A stretch of 64,000 nt of DNA from Planctomycetota bacterium (GTDB lineage Bacteria > Planctomycetota > Phycisphaerae > Sedimentisphaerales > Anaerohalosphaeraceae). The stretch spans positions 25,877 to 89,876 of the forward strand of contig DUZQ01000001.1 of the NCBI GenBank assembly GCA_013349435.1, written 5' to 3'. Both the position numbers and the translations under genes were made by a program. A model generated the notes under the pieces. That model made no database searches, had not been told where the DNA came from, and saw only the letters and a list, made by a program, of their open reading frames with translations. Positions 18,515 through 28,563 of this stretch are shown piece by piece (the first letter of the stretch is position 1; each line of letters opens with the position of its first letter).

Positions 18515-19945
18515 ATGGATACGAAAAAATTGAAGCGTACATCCGAATACGAGTGGCGGATAGAGCGGGCCGGTAAGATGCAGGTCGAAGGCGTAATATT
18601 CGCCTCGGCAAAGCTCATCAGCCAGATGGATGAAAAGGTCTGTGAGCAGGTGAGCAATGTTGCGGCCCTGCCGGGGATCGTTAAGGCATCCTTTGCAATG
18701 CCTGACGCTCACTGGGGCTATGGTTTTCCCATCGGGGGTGTAGCTGCGTTTGACCCGGACGCCAGCGGGGTTATATCGGCGGGCGGAGTAGGATTTGACA
18801 TAGCCTGCGGCGTCAGGACTCTGCATACAGGCCTGAAGGTTGGTGATATTGAAGGCCGAAGAGAACAGATAGCCGAGGCACTTTTCCGTAAGATACCGGC
18901 CGGCGTTGGGAGCAGAGGAAAAATTCATTTGAAGCCTGCGGCGATGGATAAGATGCTTACAGGTGGTGCGAAGTGGGCGGTTGAACAAGGCTACGGCACG
19001 GCTGAGGACCTTCGGTTCATCGAATACGGCGGGCAGATTAAGGGGGCCGGGCCGGGCGATGTCTCCGACCACGCCAAGAAGCGACAGGAAGATGAGGTGG
19101 GCACATTAGGCTCGGGTAACCACTACCTTGAAATACAAAAGGTTGTCAAAGTTTACGACAAGGATGCGGCCGAGGCTTTCGGGATAAGTGTTGATGATAT
19201 TAAGATAAGTATTCACTGCGGTTCACGCGGCCTTGGTCATCAGATTGGGACCGATTACCTCAAGAAGATGACCACGTCAGCAGGCGAGTTTGGAATCCGG
19301 TTGCCGGAGCGGGAGTTGGCCTGTGCGCCTTTGAACTCGAAGGTCGGGCAAAACTACCTTGGAGCTATGCGGGCGGGGATAAACTGCTCGTTAGCCAATC
19401 GACAGGTCCTGACCCATCTTGTCCGACAGGCATTTGAAAGGGTATTGCCCAAAGCATCTATCAAGCTTCTTTATGATGTTTCGCACAATACCTGCCAGGA
19501 AGAAGAGCACGCGATAAACGGCAAACGAAGACGCGTTTTTGTACATCGCAAGGGTGCTACGCGGTCTTTCGGGCCGGGGCATGCGTCTTTGCCGGCTGAG
19601 TATCGCCATATCGGCCAGCCGGTGCTTATAGGCGGCACAATGGGCACAGCATCATACATATTAGTCGGTACCAGTGAAAGTGAGAGGCTGGCATTTGGCT
19701 CGGCGTGCCACGGGGCCGGCAGAAACATGAGCCGCACGGCAGCAAAGAAACGCTGGCGTGGTACGGAAGTGGCCGGTAACTTGGCGGCGGACGGCGTGTT
19801 GATACGCAGCAGGAGTATGCGCGGGGTGGCGGAGGAAGCCCCCGGAGCGTATAAAGACGTAAGCGAGGTGGTCGAGGCGACGGAAAAGGCGCATCTTGCC
19901 GGAAAGGTGGCAAAATTAGTGCCGCTTGTTTGCGTTAAAGGTTAG
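18515..19945 (+). CDS. rtcB: RNA 3'-phosphate ligase RtcB
   Basis: GSGNHYLE, GSRGLGHQ and HGAGR motifs. The ATG at 18515 is preceded by GAGGTGG; the ORF track offers an in-frame GTG at 18506. Confidence 0.95.
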   Translation: MDTKKLKRTSEYEWRIERAGKMQVEGVIFASAKLISQMDEKVCEQVSNVAALPGIVKASFAMPDAHWGYGFPIGGVAAFDPDASGVISAGGVGFDIACGVRTLHTGLKVGDIEGRREQIAEALFRKIPAGVGSRGKIHLKPAAMDKMLTGGAKWAVEQGYGTAEDLRFIEYGGQIKGAGPGDVSDHAKKRQEDEVGTLGSGNHYLEIQKVVKVYDKDAAEAFGISVDDIKISIHCGSRGLGHQIGTDYLKKMTTSAGEFGIRLPERELACAPLNSKVGQNYLGAMRAGINCSLANRQVLTHLVRQAFERVLPKASIKLLYDVSHNTCQEEEHAINGKRRRVFVHRKGATRSFGPGHASLPAEYRHIGQPVLIGGTMGTASYILVGTSESERLAFGSACHGAGRNMSRTAAKKRWRGTEVAGNLAADGVLIRSRSMRGVAEEAPGAYKDVSEVVEATEKAHLAGKVAKLVPLVCVKG

Positions 19946-20030
19946 CCGGGATTGACAAATCCTTTTTTCTGATGGGCAACCTTGTTGCTGCTGGACTTTT
20001 TATGGTATACAACACATAGCAGGTTTATTT

Positions 20031-22370
20031 ATGATACGAGCAGGTAACAAACTATATATCACTCTGATTTGTGCAGGGCTGGTACTGGTCACTTTTGTGG
20101 CTTTTGAGCAGGTAAGGAATAATCAATTCGTAAACTACGATGATGGTACATACGTAACGGAAAACAGACATGTCAAAGCAGGAATAAACCGAGATTCCAT
20201 TATTTGGGCCTTTGCCAATATACATCCCAGCGGCAACTGGCATCCTTTAACCTCTCTGAGCCACATGCTTGATTGTCAACTTTTCGGCTTGGATCCTGCA
20301 TGGCATCATATGACCAGTTTGTTAATTCATATCGCAAGCACTTTGCTGTTATTTTATGTTCTGCAGAAAATGACCGGGGCAATTTGGCGAAGTGCATTCG
20401 TTGCCGCAGCCTTCGCTTTGCATCCTCTGCATGTTGAATCTGTGGCATGGGTGGCTGAACGAAAAGATGTCTTAAGTGGTCTGTTCTGGATGCTAACTAT
20501 ATTAGCTTACATTCGATATACAAAGTGTCCGGGTATTGGAAGGTATTTGTTGATCGTTTTGTTTTTTAGCTTGGGCTTGATGGCTAAACCTATGCTGGTT
20601 ACTTTGCCTTTTGTGCTTATTCTGCTTGATTATTGGCCTTTAAATCGCTTCCAAGGAGCAGATCAAAATGGAACTGAAACTGCAGGGCAATCCGAATCGG
20701 TTTCCGGTGTTTACTCCGGTTCATCAGTTCGGTGTTTGTTTACCGAAAAGATTCCCTTGTTTGCTCTTGCAGCCGTTTCAAGTGCCATTACCTTTATTGT
20801 TCAAAAAAAAGCCGGATCAGTATGGGGAACAGAAATTCTGCCTCTTTATTTGCGAATAGCCAACGCACTGGTTTCTTACATCAAATATATCGGAAAGATG
20901 ATTTTCCCGACCCGCTTGGCGGTCTTGTATCCCTATTCCAGAAACGGTTTCACAGCGTGGCAACTAATAATATGTATTTTGATATTAGCTGTTGTATCAG
21001 CCTTCGTCATTTATATGGCTCGAAAAAAGCGTTACCTTATAGTAGGGTGGCTGTGGTATCTTGGGACTTTAGTTCCAGTCATCGGTTTGATACAAGTAGG
21101 TGCTCAGTCTATGGCCGATAGATACACTTATCTGCCGTCAATCGGCATTTTTACCATGGTTGTTTGGGGCGCGGCGGAGCTTAGCGCTAAAGGGCGTTAT
21201 GGTCAAATTGTTTCGGCGACGCTCGCTGGTTTATCGCTCGCAGCACTTCTTCTATGCACACGTGCACAGGTGCAGTATTGGCAAAACAGCCAGACATTAT
21301 GTCAACATGCGATTGAAGTAACCGAAGACAATTTCGTGATGCATATCAATTTGGGTCTGGCGCTTTATTCGCAAGGTCTTGTTAGCGAAGCAGAAAGCCA
21401 TTACCTTCAGGCATTACAAATTAAGCCCGGTGCTCCCAAAGCACACAATAACTTAGCCGTGTTATTGATAGGGCAAGGTGCTTTACAAGAGGCAATAAGA
21501 CATTGTCGGCAGGCATTAATGTCCAGACCCGACTTCGCCGAAGCCCATAACAACTTAGGTAATGCTCTTGCTAAAAACAACAATTTGGACGAGGCAATCA
21601 GACATTTTCAACAGGCATTAAAAATAACGCCTGACCACATCGGAGCGCACAATAACCTGGGAAGCGCGCTTGCCACCAAGGGAGATCACGACGAGGCTGT
21701 AGAGCGTTATCGTACAGTACTCCGGCTCGATCCCGATAGCCCTATAGCGCTCTATAATTTAGGGAGGGTGCTTGTCTTGCAGGGCAAACGTGCCGATGCT
21801 ATTGATTGTTATCAAGAGTCGTTAAGGTTGAAATCCGACCAGCATGAGTCACATAGAGATTTGGGAATGATATTATTCGGGCTGGGCAAACTCGATCAAG
21901 CTATTTTCCACTTTGAGTGTTCGATAAAAATCAAAGAAGATCAGCCCTTCGTCCTAAATAAATTAGGGGAGAGTTATTTTCTATATGGGGAAATAAAAAA
22001 AGCTCTTAGATGCTGGAATAAAGTATTGGAGCTTGAACCTGAATTGATTAGTGCTATTAACAATTTAGCCTGGGTCAAAGCCACACAGAAAGCAACCGAC
22101 ATCGGCGATCCAAATGAAGCTGTCCAATTGGCCTTACGTGCCTGCGAACTGACAAAATACAATCGGGCCGATGTCCTTGACACCTTAGCAGTTGCCTATG
22201 CCGCAGCCGGCAGATTCGATGAAGCAGTAGCTACAGCCCAAAAAGCTGTTGAAATAATCACATCCGGCGGTAATCAAGAACAAATTCAGGAGATCCGAGA
22301 TCGATTAGAGTTGTATAGAAAAGGAAAACCGTACCAGCAGCATTCTGATGACAGGAATAGCAGTAAATGA
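20031..22370 (+). CDS. TMTC-like GT-C-fold membrane glycosyltransferase with C-terminal TPR repeats
   Basis: The N-terminal polytopic domain has the NQFVNYDDGTYVTEN motif (the FxxDD...N motif of TMTC/DUF1736-type O-mannosyltransferases, from memory). It is followed by at least 8 TPR units (AHNNLG... repeats). Confidence 0.7.
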   Translation: MIRAGNKLYITLICAGLVLVTFVAFEQVRNNQFVNYDDGTYVTENRHVKAGINRDSIIWAFANIHPSGNWHPLTSLSHMLDCQLFGLDPAWHHMTSLLIHIASTLLLFYVLQKMTGAIWRSAFVAAAFALHPLHVESVAWVAERKDVLSGLFWMLTILAYIRYTKCPGIGRYLLIVLFFSLGLMAKPMLVTLPFVLILLDYWPLNRFQGADQNGTETAGQSESVSGVYSGSSVRCLFTEKIPLFALAAVSSAITFIVQKKAGSVWGTEILPLYLRIANALVSYIKYIGKMIFPTRLAVLYPYSRNGFTAWQLIICILILAVVSAFVIYMARKKRYLIVGWLWYLGTLVPVIGLIQVGAQSMADRYTYLPSIGIFTMVVWGAAELSAKGRYGQIVSATLAGLSLAALLLCTRAQVQYWQNSQTLCQHAIEVTEDNFVMHINLGLALYSQGLVSEAESHYLQALQIKPGAPKAHNNLAVLLIGQGALQEAIRHCRQALMSRPDFAEAHNNLGNALAKNNNLDEAIRHFQQALKITPDHIGAHNNLGSALATKGDHDEAVERYRTVLRLDPDSPIALYNLGRVLVLQGKRADAIDCYQESLRLKSDQHESHRDLGMILFGLGKLDQAIFHFECSIKIKEDQPFVLNKLGESYFLYGEIKKALRCWNKVLELEPELISAINNLAWVKATQKATDIGDPNEAVQLALRACELTKYNRADVLDTLAVAYAAAGRFDEAVATAQKAVEIITSGGNQEQIQEIRDRLELYRKGKPYQQHSDDRNSSK

Positions 22371-24754
22371 AAGCCAAAGCGATTATCATATTCCTTGCGT
22401 TTTCGGCGACTTTAGCTGGTGTGGTATGGATTTTACACCGGTCCTGTTCAACCCAAAAAGAAATCCGCAACGTCGTTTTAATCAGCATCGACACCTGCCG
22501 GGCTGATTATCTGAGCTGTTATGGTTGTCCCCAAAATACCACTCCTAACATAGACGCCTTTGCAGCTCAAGCTACTGTTTTCGAGAATACAATCTCGCCG
22601 GTCCCGATAACTTTGCCAGCCCATAGTTCGATACTGACCGGAACTATTCCACCTTATCATGGTGTCCACGACAACATCGACTATAAACTTGACAAGACAA
22701 ATATTACCTTAGCCGAAATACTGAAAGGTAACGGATTTACTACCGGTGGTATTATCAGCGCCTTGGTTTTGGATTCAAGATTTGGCGTTGATCAAGGCTT
22801 CGACACATACAATGACTATTTCGAAGAAGAGCGAACGACCGCCGGAAATATCACCGAGCGTGTCGGTGCCGAGACCAGCCGTCATGCCATTAACTGGCTG
22901 AAGAAGCATCAAAACGAAAATTTCTTTCTCTTTCTCCATTACTTTGAACCCCATGCCGAGTATTCACCCCCGGAGCCATTCGCTTCCAAATTCCGCGAAA
23001 AGCCCTATGCCGGGGAGATTGCCTACACCGACCATTGCATCGGGCAGGTTTTAGAGAAACTAAAAGAACTGCAGCTATATAATTCAACATTGATAATCAT
23101 AACGAGCGATCACGGTGAGATGCTCCAAGAGCACAGAGAGCCGACACACAGTTATTTTATTTACCAAAGTGCTATCAGGGTGCCCCTTATCTTCCGCTTG
23201 CCCGGTCAAGTAAAACCACAAAAAATAAAGGGCGTAGCAGGTCTGATTGATATTGTCCCTACAGTATGCTCTCTTCTCGGTATCAAAATGTCCTCTGAGG
23301 TTCAGGGAATGGATCTTTCGGCTTATGTCAAGGGTCATAAACACCAAATTCCCAAAAGGAGCATTTTCTGCGAGAGTCTCACCCCGACAAAATACGATGG
23401 CAACTCTTTGCTCGGTGTAGTTACAGACCGATGGAAATATATCCAGACCACGAGGCCGGAACTATATGATATAGTCAATGACACAACAGAATCAACAAAC
23501 CTGATAAAGCAAAAGCCACACCAGGGTCGCATTCTTCAGGATATTTTAAAACAGACACTCGAAAAATCGGTTCGTAATAAAGGATTCGAAAGCAAAATAC
23601 AACTTGACACAAAAAGCCGCAGACAGCTTGAAAGCCTTGGCTACGTCGCAGGTGGGATTATTGAGGATTTCAGTTTCGACAAAACGAGAGAGGATCCCAA
23701 AGACCTGATCAATTTCTATGTATTAAGCGTAAAAGCAACGAACCTTGCTTTTCAAGGTAAGTATCGCCAAGCCGAAGATTTGAGCAAGAAGCTCATTAAT
23801 ATAAGACCCGATAGTTATGTATGCCATGAAGTATTGGCCACTATAGCCTGGAAACAGGAAGACTATCCTGCGGCCATTGAACACCTGAACAACCTTCTTG
23901 AACTCAGGGGCGATGATGCCAAGGTTCATAATAACCTCGGGACAGTACTTCAGTTAGAAGGTAGAGAAGATGAAGCGATAACGCATTATTATATAGCACT
24001 GGAAAGTAGACCTGAATTTGTGGAAGCACATAATAATTTGGCAATGGCACTTTTGGAACGGGGCGAGCCTGACACTGCTATCAAGCACTTACAGGAAGCG
24101 TTAATTCTCTATCCCGATTATTTCGAGGCACGTTGTAATCTGGGCAATACACTTGTCAATAAGGGCATGATACATGAGGCAATCGTTGAGTATCGCCAAG
24201 CTCTCAAGATTAAAACCAACCAAGCCGAGGTATATCGCAGTCTTGCCAAAGCGTTAAGGAAACAAGGAAAGCTTGAAGAAGCTATCTGTCACTATGAGAA
24301 GGCAATCTGGTTGGATCCCAAGTTGGCTCCTGCCCAAAACAGCCTTGGCGAAATATATTATCAAAAGGGAGATTTCGATAAGGCCCTTGCTTACTGGAGC
24401 GAGGCACTGAAGATAAATCCGGAGCAGGTCAGCGTTCTTAACAATATTGCATGGCTTAAAGCAGCATACAAAGACAAAAATTTCCACGAGCCCAAAACGG
24501 CTGTACAACTTGCCCGAAAAGCCTGTGAGCTGACCAATTACAAAGGGCCGGCGTTGTTACATACTTTATCGGTTGCCTATGCGGCGGACGGCAGATTTGA
24601 CGAGGCGATTAAGACGGCTGAAAAGGCATTGCGCATCACCAAATATGAGAATCAAGCCCAATTGGTTGACGAAATTAATAGTCATCTGGAACTTTTCAAA
24701 AGGGGCATGCCCTACTATGATTCGGCTCAGCCGGAGAAAAAACGACAACCTTAA
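22367..24754 (+). CDS. sulfatase-like (alkaline-phosphatase superfamily) hydrolase/transferase fused to TPR repeats
   Basis: VVLISIDTCRADYLSCYG and TSDHGEM motifs with an N-terminal TM anchor. The TPR C-terminal half has a last ~95 aa homologous to the C-terminus of the upstream gene. The start overlaps the upstream stop (ATGA). Confidence 0.8.
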   Translation: MKAKAIIIFLAFSATLAGVVWILHRSCSTQKEIRNVVLISIDTCRADYLSCYGCPQNTTPNIDAFAAQATVFENTISPVPITLPAHSSILTGTIPPYHGVHDNIDYKLDKTNITLAEILKGNGFTTGGIISALVLDSRFGVDQGFDTYNDYFEEERTTAGNITERVGAETSRHAINWLKKHQNENFFLFLHYFEPHAEYSPPEPFASKFREKPYAGEIAYTDHCIGQVLEKLKELQLYNSTLIIITSDHGEMLQEHREPTHSYFIYQSAIRVPLIFRLPGQVKPQKIKGVAGLIDIVPTVCSLLGIKMSSEVQGMDLSAYVKGHKHQIPKRSIFCESLTPTKYDGNSLLGVVTDRWKYIQTTRPELYDIVNDTTESTNLIKQKPHQGRILQDILKQTLEKSVRNKGFESKIQLDTKSRRQLESLGYVAGGIIEDFSFDKTREDPKDLINFYVLSVKATNLAFQGKYRQAEDLSKKLINIRPDSYVCHEVLATIAWKQEDYPAAIEHLNNLLELRGDDAKVHNNLGTVLQLEGREDEAITHYYIALESRPEFVEAHNNLAMALLERGEPDTAIKHLQEALILYPDYFEARCNLGNTLVNKGMIHEAIVEYRQALKIKTNQAEVYRSLAKALRKQGKLEEAICHYEKAIWLDPKLAPAQNSLGEIYYQKGDFDKALAYWSEALKINPEQVSVLNNIAWLKAAYKDKNFHEPKTAVQLARKACELTNYKGPALLHTLSVAYAADGRFDEAIKTAEKALRITKYENQAQLVDEINSHLELFKRGMPYYDSAQPEKKRQP

Positions 24755-25617
24755 TTGGTAAGTGCAGCCGTTACACTTGCGGCATTGAACATCGCGTGTA
24801 TGAAAATCGGCCGGAAAAGAGAGCCGCTCTTTTCATAAGCATACCCCATGCAGCAGGACAGCACAAACAAGGGCGGAAAATGTGTATTCGGGTGCGATAC
24901 GGCAAAGAACAACGACGTTATGACTATCGCCTCCCAAGGCCGGCCGGTCAAGCCCCTCATCACGGATTGCAGTATCCCTCGAAACAGCATCTCCTCAAAA
25001 ACCGGGGCGATTAAAACGAGAAAAAAGAACATCACCATCCTAACTACCTGCTGTGGATGTTCCGTAACAACTGCAAGACCTTCGTTGGTCTGCATCTCGA
25101 AATCAGGCCCCGCAAGAAACCTGCCGATATGAATTGTCAGCAGTATTCCCAACAGCACCAGCGGCAAAACAGAGATGAGATTTACAACTGCTGCGACAAA
25201 ATCTCCGGTTATAGTGCGAAGATTCAGGCCGAATCCTGTCAATCTGCGCACAAAGCTTTGCCGGGCAAAACACACGAAAAAAACTATCAGCACCAGTTCA
25301 ATGATGCTTAAAGCCAAGTACTTGAACACTTCCCGGCGCCACGGAGGCGATTCGGCGGCGGCCAATTCAATAATCGCCATCACATCAAAGACGACTACCG
25401 CCCATACAGCCATCAAAACAAACGGCAGATAGACGGGCAGATTGTGCCTTCTGTCCGGGCAGTTACCCAAACCAACAGGCCCGGCACGCCCGCTGAGCCA
25501 GTACAAAAGAAACATAACTCCAAGCGCGCAAAGAGCTGTCACAAAGATATCAACCGTGTTCGCCTCTGAAGCAGCCAACACCGGTTCAAAAAAAGATTTA
25601 TCGGGGAAATTGGACAT
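24751..25617 (-). CDS. CPBP-family (CAAX/Abi) intramembrane glutamic protease
   Basis: 288 aa, polytopic, with the EEMLFRG, FAVSHP and HAMFN motifs. Confidence 0.85.
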   Translation of the reverse strand: MSNFPDKSFFEPVLAASEANTVDIFVTALCALGVMFLLYWLSGRAGPVGLGNCPDRRHNLPVYLPFVLMAVWAVVVFDVMAIIELAAAESPPWRREVFKYLALSIIELVLIVFFVCFARQSFVRRLTGFGLNLRTITGDFVAAVVNLISVLPLVLLGILLTIHIGRFLAGPDFEMQTNEGLAVVTEHPQQVVRMVMFFFLVLIAPVFEEMLFRGILQSVMRGLTGRPWEAIVITSLFFAVSHPNTHFPPLFVLSCCMGYAYEKSGSLFRPIFIHAMFNAASVTAALTN

Positions 25618-25868
25618 CAGCGCGATAATAAGTGATAATCAGACCGTAGTCAACCCGCCCGATTCCGCCAAGAGCCGTCAAAAGACATACCAAAAAGCAG
25701 CGAAAAGTCTGTACTCAGAAACATATAGCCGCATTCCGGCCAAAAAGGCGACAAAAGGCGGCAATTCTTCGCATTTTTGAAGTTTCCGGCCCCGAGCGTC
25801 CGATAAGATATGGTAGAAAAGGTACTTCATCTGGAGAGGCTCGGATTCGACCTGGAGATGTACAGAAA

Positions 25869-28529
25869 ATGAGGATTTTGACGTTTAGCCTCATCTGCGC
25901 GGCGATGGTGACTCCCTGTGCCGCCGAGGTAATCACCGTCGATGAAAACGGCGGTGCGGATTTTGTCGGCATACAGGATGCAATCGACTATTCCTGGCAT
26001 GGTGACACTATCGAGGTTTGGCCGGGGGTCTATAATGAGAGAATAAACTTTTACGGCATGAGCATCACCATAACAAGTACAGATCCGAATGACCTCTCGG
26101 TGGTCGAGGCAACGGTGATTGACGCAGGTTCTTCGGGAAACGCCGTAACATTCGACAGTGGGGAAGATGCCGCATCCTTGCTTGTCGGCTTTACCGTTCA
26201 AAATGGAGACAGGGGCATTTACTGTTACTATTCCGACCCGGCAATAGAGAAATGCATCATAAAGAACAATAATGAATCTGCGATATACGGTGTAGATGCA
26301 CAGCCGACAATTGCACATTGCCGTATTAGCGAAAACGGCGGTTCAGTCGAACACAGGGCTGTCTATGGCTGCAACGGCCGGATATCCGATTGCGTAATTA
26401 ATGATAACACAGGCGGGGCAATAGCACTTTGTGACGGGCCTATAGGGGCATGTACAGTCAGCGGGAACTCAAGTTTTGGTTTTGAAATGTGCGCGGGCAT
26501 CATCGCCAACTCTGTCATATCCGGCAATGGTGATACCGGCATAGTCAGTGGCGACGGCCAGATAATAGTGAACTGTACAATCGTGTGCAATAAGGGCAAC
26601 GGCTATACATACGGCCAAGGCGCCGACCCGATTCTAAGCAGTAATATAATCGTACTCAACTCGGGCTATGGCGTGCAGGGGTCGGCTACCCTGGCTTATA
26701 ACAATATTTGGGCAAATACTTCAGGAAGTTATGACGGCGTACCTCCGGAACCGACTGACATACACAAAAATCCCCTGTTTGCCGAAAATGGTTATTGGAA
26801 CGGCGACCCAAACTGGGTCCAGGGAGATTATCACCTGAAATCCGAGGCCGGAAGGTGGGACCCGAACAACCAAACGTGGGTCATTGACGATGTCAGCAGC
26901 CCCTGCATAGACGCCGGCCATCCCGCCTACCCGACCGATTTCGAGCCTTATCCTGACGGCAACATAATCAACCAGGGTGTTTACGGCGGGACGGAACAAG
27001 CAAGTAAATCTCCAAACGGCCAATACACCTACTGCTCAAGCATCCCTGCATGTGATATAGATGAAGACTGCAGAGTCGGAGTTTCCGATTTCACCTTAGT
27101 AACGGCTGATTGGCTCCGCACAGAGGAACTTGAGCCGAATATGGTCATTCAGGAATGGGCCGAAAGGTACAATGGGCCGGACAAAAATGATGATGACGCG
27201 TTGGCTATTACCACGGACAGTTCCGGCAGCATATATGTAACCGGCTGGAGCGAGGGTACAGACACAAGTAAGGATTATGTTACAATCAAATACGACTCGA
27301 ACGGAACAAAACTTTGGGCCGACAGGTACAATGGGCCGGGCAACGACTATGACCGTGCAGTTGCCATAGCCGCCGACAGTCTGGACAACGTTTATGTAAC
27401 AGGCTCGAGCAAGGGGACCGGGGGCAAGCTGGATTACGCCACAATTAAATACGCCTCGGACGGAACAAGGCTTTGGGTAAAGCGTTATAACGGACCGGCT
27501 GACGGGCATGATACCGCCTGCGCCGTCGGCGCGGATAGTTGGGGCGACGTGTACGTAACAGGCTGGAGCGAGGGGGCGGGCGGCGACAAGGATTATCTTA
27601 CAATCAAATATGACACCAACGGCAGCCAACTCTGGGCCGTCAGATATGATAATCCCGCCTGGGGCCTGGATGACCAAGCTAATGCTATGGCGATAGATGC
27701 CGTGGGAAATGTCTATGTAACAGGCTCCAGCAATGAAGATGCGTTTACGGACCACTACACTACAATCAAATATGACCCGAATGGAAATGAGGTTTGGGTC
27801 GCCCACTACAGCTATACCGACGAGGAAGCCAAAGCCATAGCCATAGACAGCCTGGGCAATGTCTGCGTAGCAGGTAACAGTAACGGTGCCAACGGACGCC
27901 CTGATTACGCAACAATTAAATATGACTCAGGTGGAAACGAACTTTGGGCGGCACGGTACAACGGCCCGGGCAACGATGGTGATTATCTGAATGGGATAGC
28001 GATAGACAGCGTTGACAATATCTATGTTACCGGCTCCAGTGAAAGCGCCGAGGGCGACATGGATTACGCCACTATCAAATACGACCCCAACGGAAGCGAA
28101 CTATGGGCGGCAAGATATAACGGGCCGGGCAACAGCAACGACTACGGACTCGCCCTGGCTCTGGACGGTCTTGATAATATCTATGTAAGTGGTGAAAGTT
28201 CGGGCGTCAGCGGAGATTATGCCACAGTCAAGTACGACCCGAACGGAAATGAACTTGGCCAAGCGAGGTACGACGGGCCGGGCAACGGTGATGACAGCCC
28301 GTCGGCCATTGTTATAGACAGTCTGGACAATGTTTACGTAACAGGCTGGAGCCAGGATTCGGGATACTATGACTACCTCACAATCAAATATGCTCCGAGT
28401 TATACCTGCACAACTATAATAACGGGCGATTTCGATAACGACTGCAAAATAGATTTTACAGACTTCGTGATAATGTCATCGCACTGGCTCGAATGCAACC
28501 TTGAGCCGCAGGAAGCGTGTTGGGAATAA
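25869..28529 (+). CDS. secreted right-handed beta-helix plus 7-8-blade SBBP beta-propeller protein with two dockerin-like segments
   Basis: Signal peptide; DAIDYSWHGDTIEVWPGVY and parallel beta-helix rungs (about 25930-27000); CDIDEDCRVGVSDFTLVTADWL (about 27051-27116); about 53-aa repeats of the form DYxTIKYDxxGxxLWxxRYNGPG...A(I/V)xxDSxxNVYVTG (27150-28400); and a C-terminal GDFDNDCKIDFTDFVIMSSHWL. Confidence 0.8.
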   Translation: MRILTFSLICAAMVTPCAAEVITVDENGGADFVGIQDAIDYSWHGDTIEVWPGVYNERINFYGMSITITSTDPNDLSVVEATVIDAGSSGNAVTFDSGEDAASLLVGFTVQNGDRGIYCYYSDPAIEKCIIKNNNESAIYGVDAQPTIAHCRISENGGSVEHRAVYGCNGRISDCVINDNTGGAIALCDGPIGACTVSGNSSFGFEMCAGIIANSVISGNGDTGIVSGDGQIIVNCTIVCNKGNGYTYGQGADPILSSNIIVLNSGYGVQGSATLAYNNIWANTSGSYDGVPPEPTDIHKNPLFAENGYWNGDPNWVQGDYHLKSEAGRWDPNNQTWVIDDVSSPCIDAGHPAYPTDFEPYPDGNIINQGVYGGTEQASKSPNGQYTYCSSIPACDIDEDCRVGVSDFTLVTADWLRTEELEPNMVIQEWAERYNGPDKNDDDALAITTDSSGSIYVTGWSEGTDTSKDYVTIKYDSNGTKLWADRYNGPGNDYDRAVAIAADSLDNVYVTGSSKGTGGKLDYATIKYASDGTRLWVKRYNGPADGHDTACAVGADSWGDVYVTGWSEGAGGDKDYLTIKYDTNGSQLWAVRYDNPAWGLDDQANAMAIDAVGNVYVTGSSNEDAFTDHYTTIKYDPNGNEVWVAHYSYTDEEAKAIAIDSLGNVCVAGNSNGANGRPDYATIKYDSGGNELWAARYNGPGNDGDYLNGIAIDSVDNIYVTGSSESAEGDMDYATIKYDPNGSELWAARYNGPGNSNDYGLALALDGLDNIYVSGESSGVSGDYATVKYDPNGNELGQARYDGPGNGDDSPSAIVIDSLDNVYVTGWSQDSGYYDYLTIKYAPSYTCTTIITGDFDNDCKIDFTDFVIMSSHWLECNLEPQEACWE

Positions 28530-28563
28530 CTTTTCGCCCTCCGATTGGGCAAAGGTGACAATC

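Noticed and set aside
18242-19072. 276-aa ORF antisense across archease and rtcB
   Set aside because: It spans two confidently identified plus-strand genes and their spacer, and it has no motif.
27096-27806. 236-aa ORF antisense to the SBBP repeat region
   Set aside because: It is a shadow ORF of a periodic coding repeat, and the sense strand gives a clean SBBP consensus.
27150-28400. Regular ~159-bp periodicity, considered as a CRISPR-like or satellite array
   Set aside because: The period is in-frame coding (53-aa SBBP blades). The units are diverged at the nucleotide level, there is no repeat/spacer structure, and there are no cas genes.
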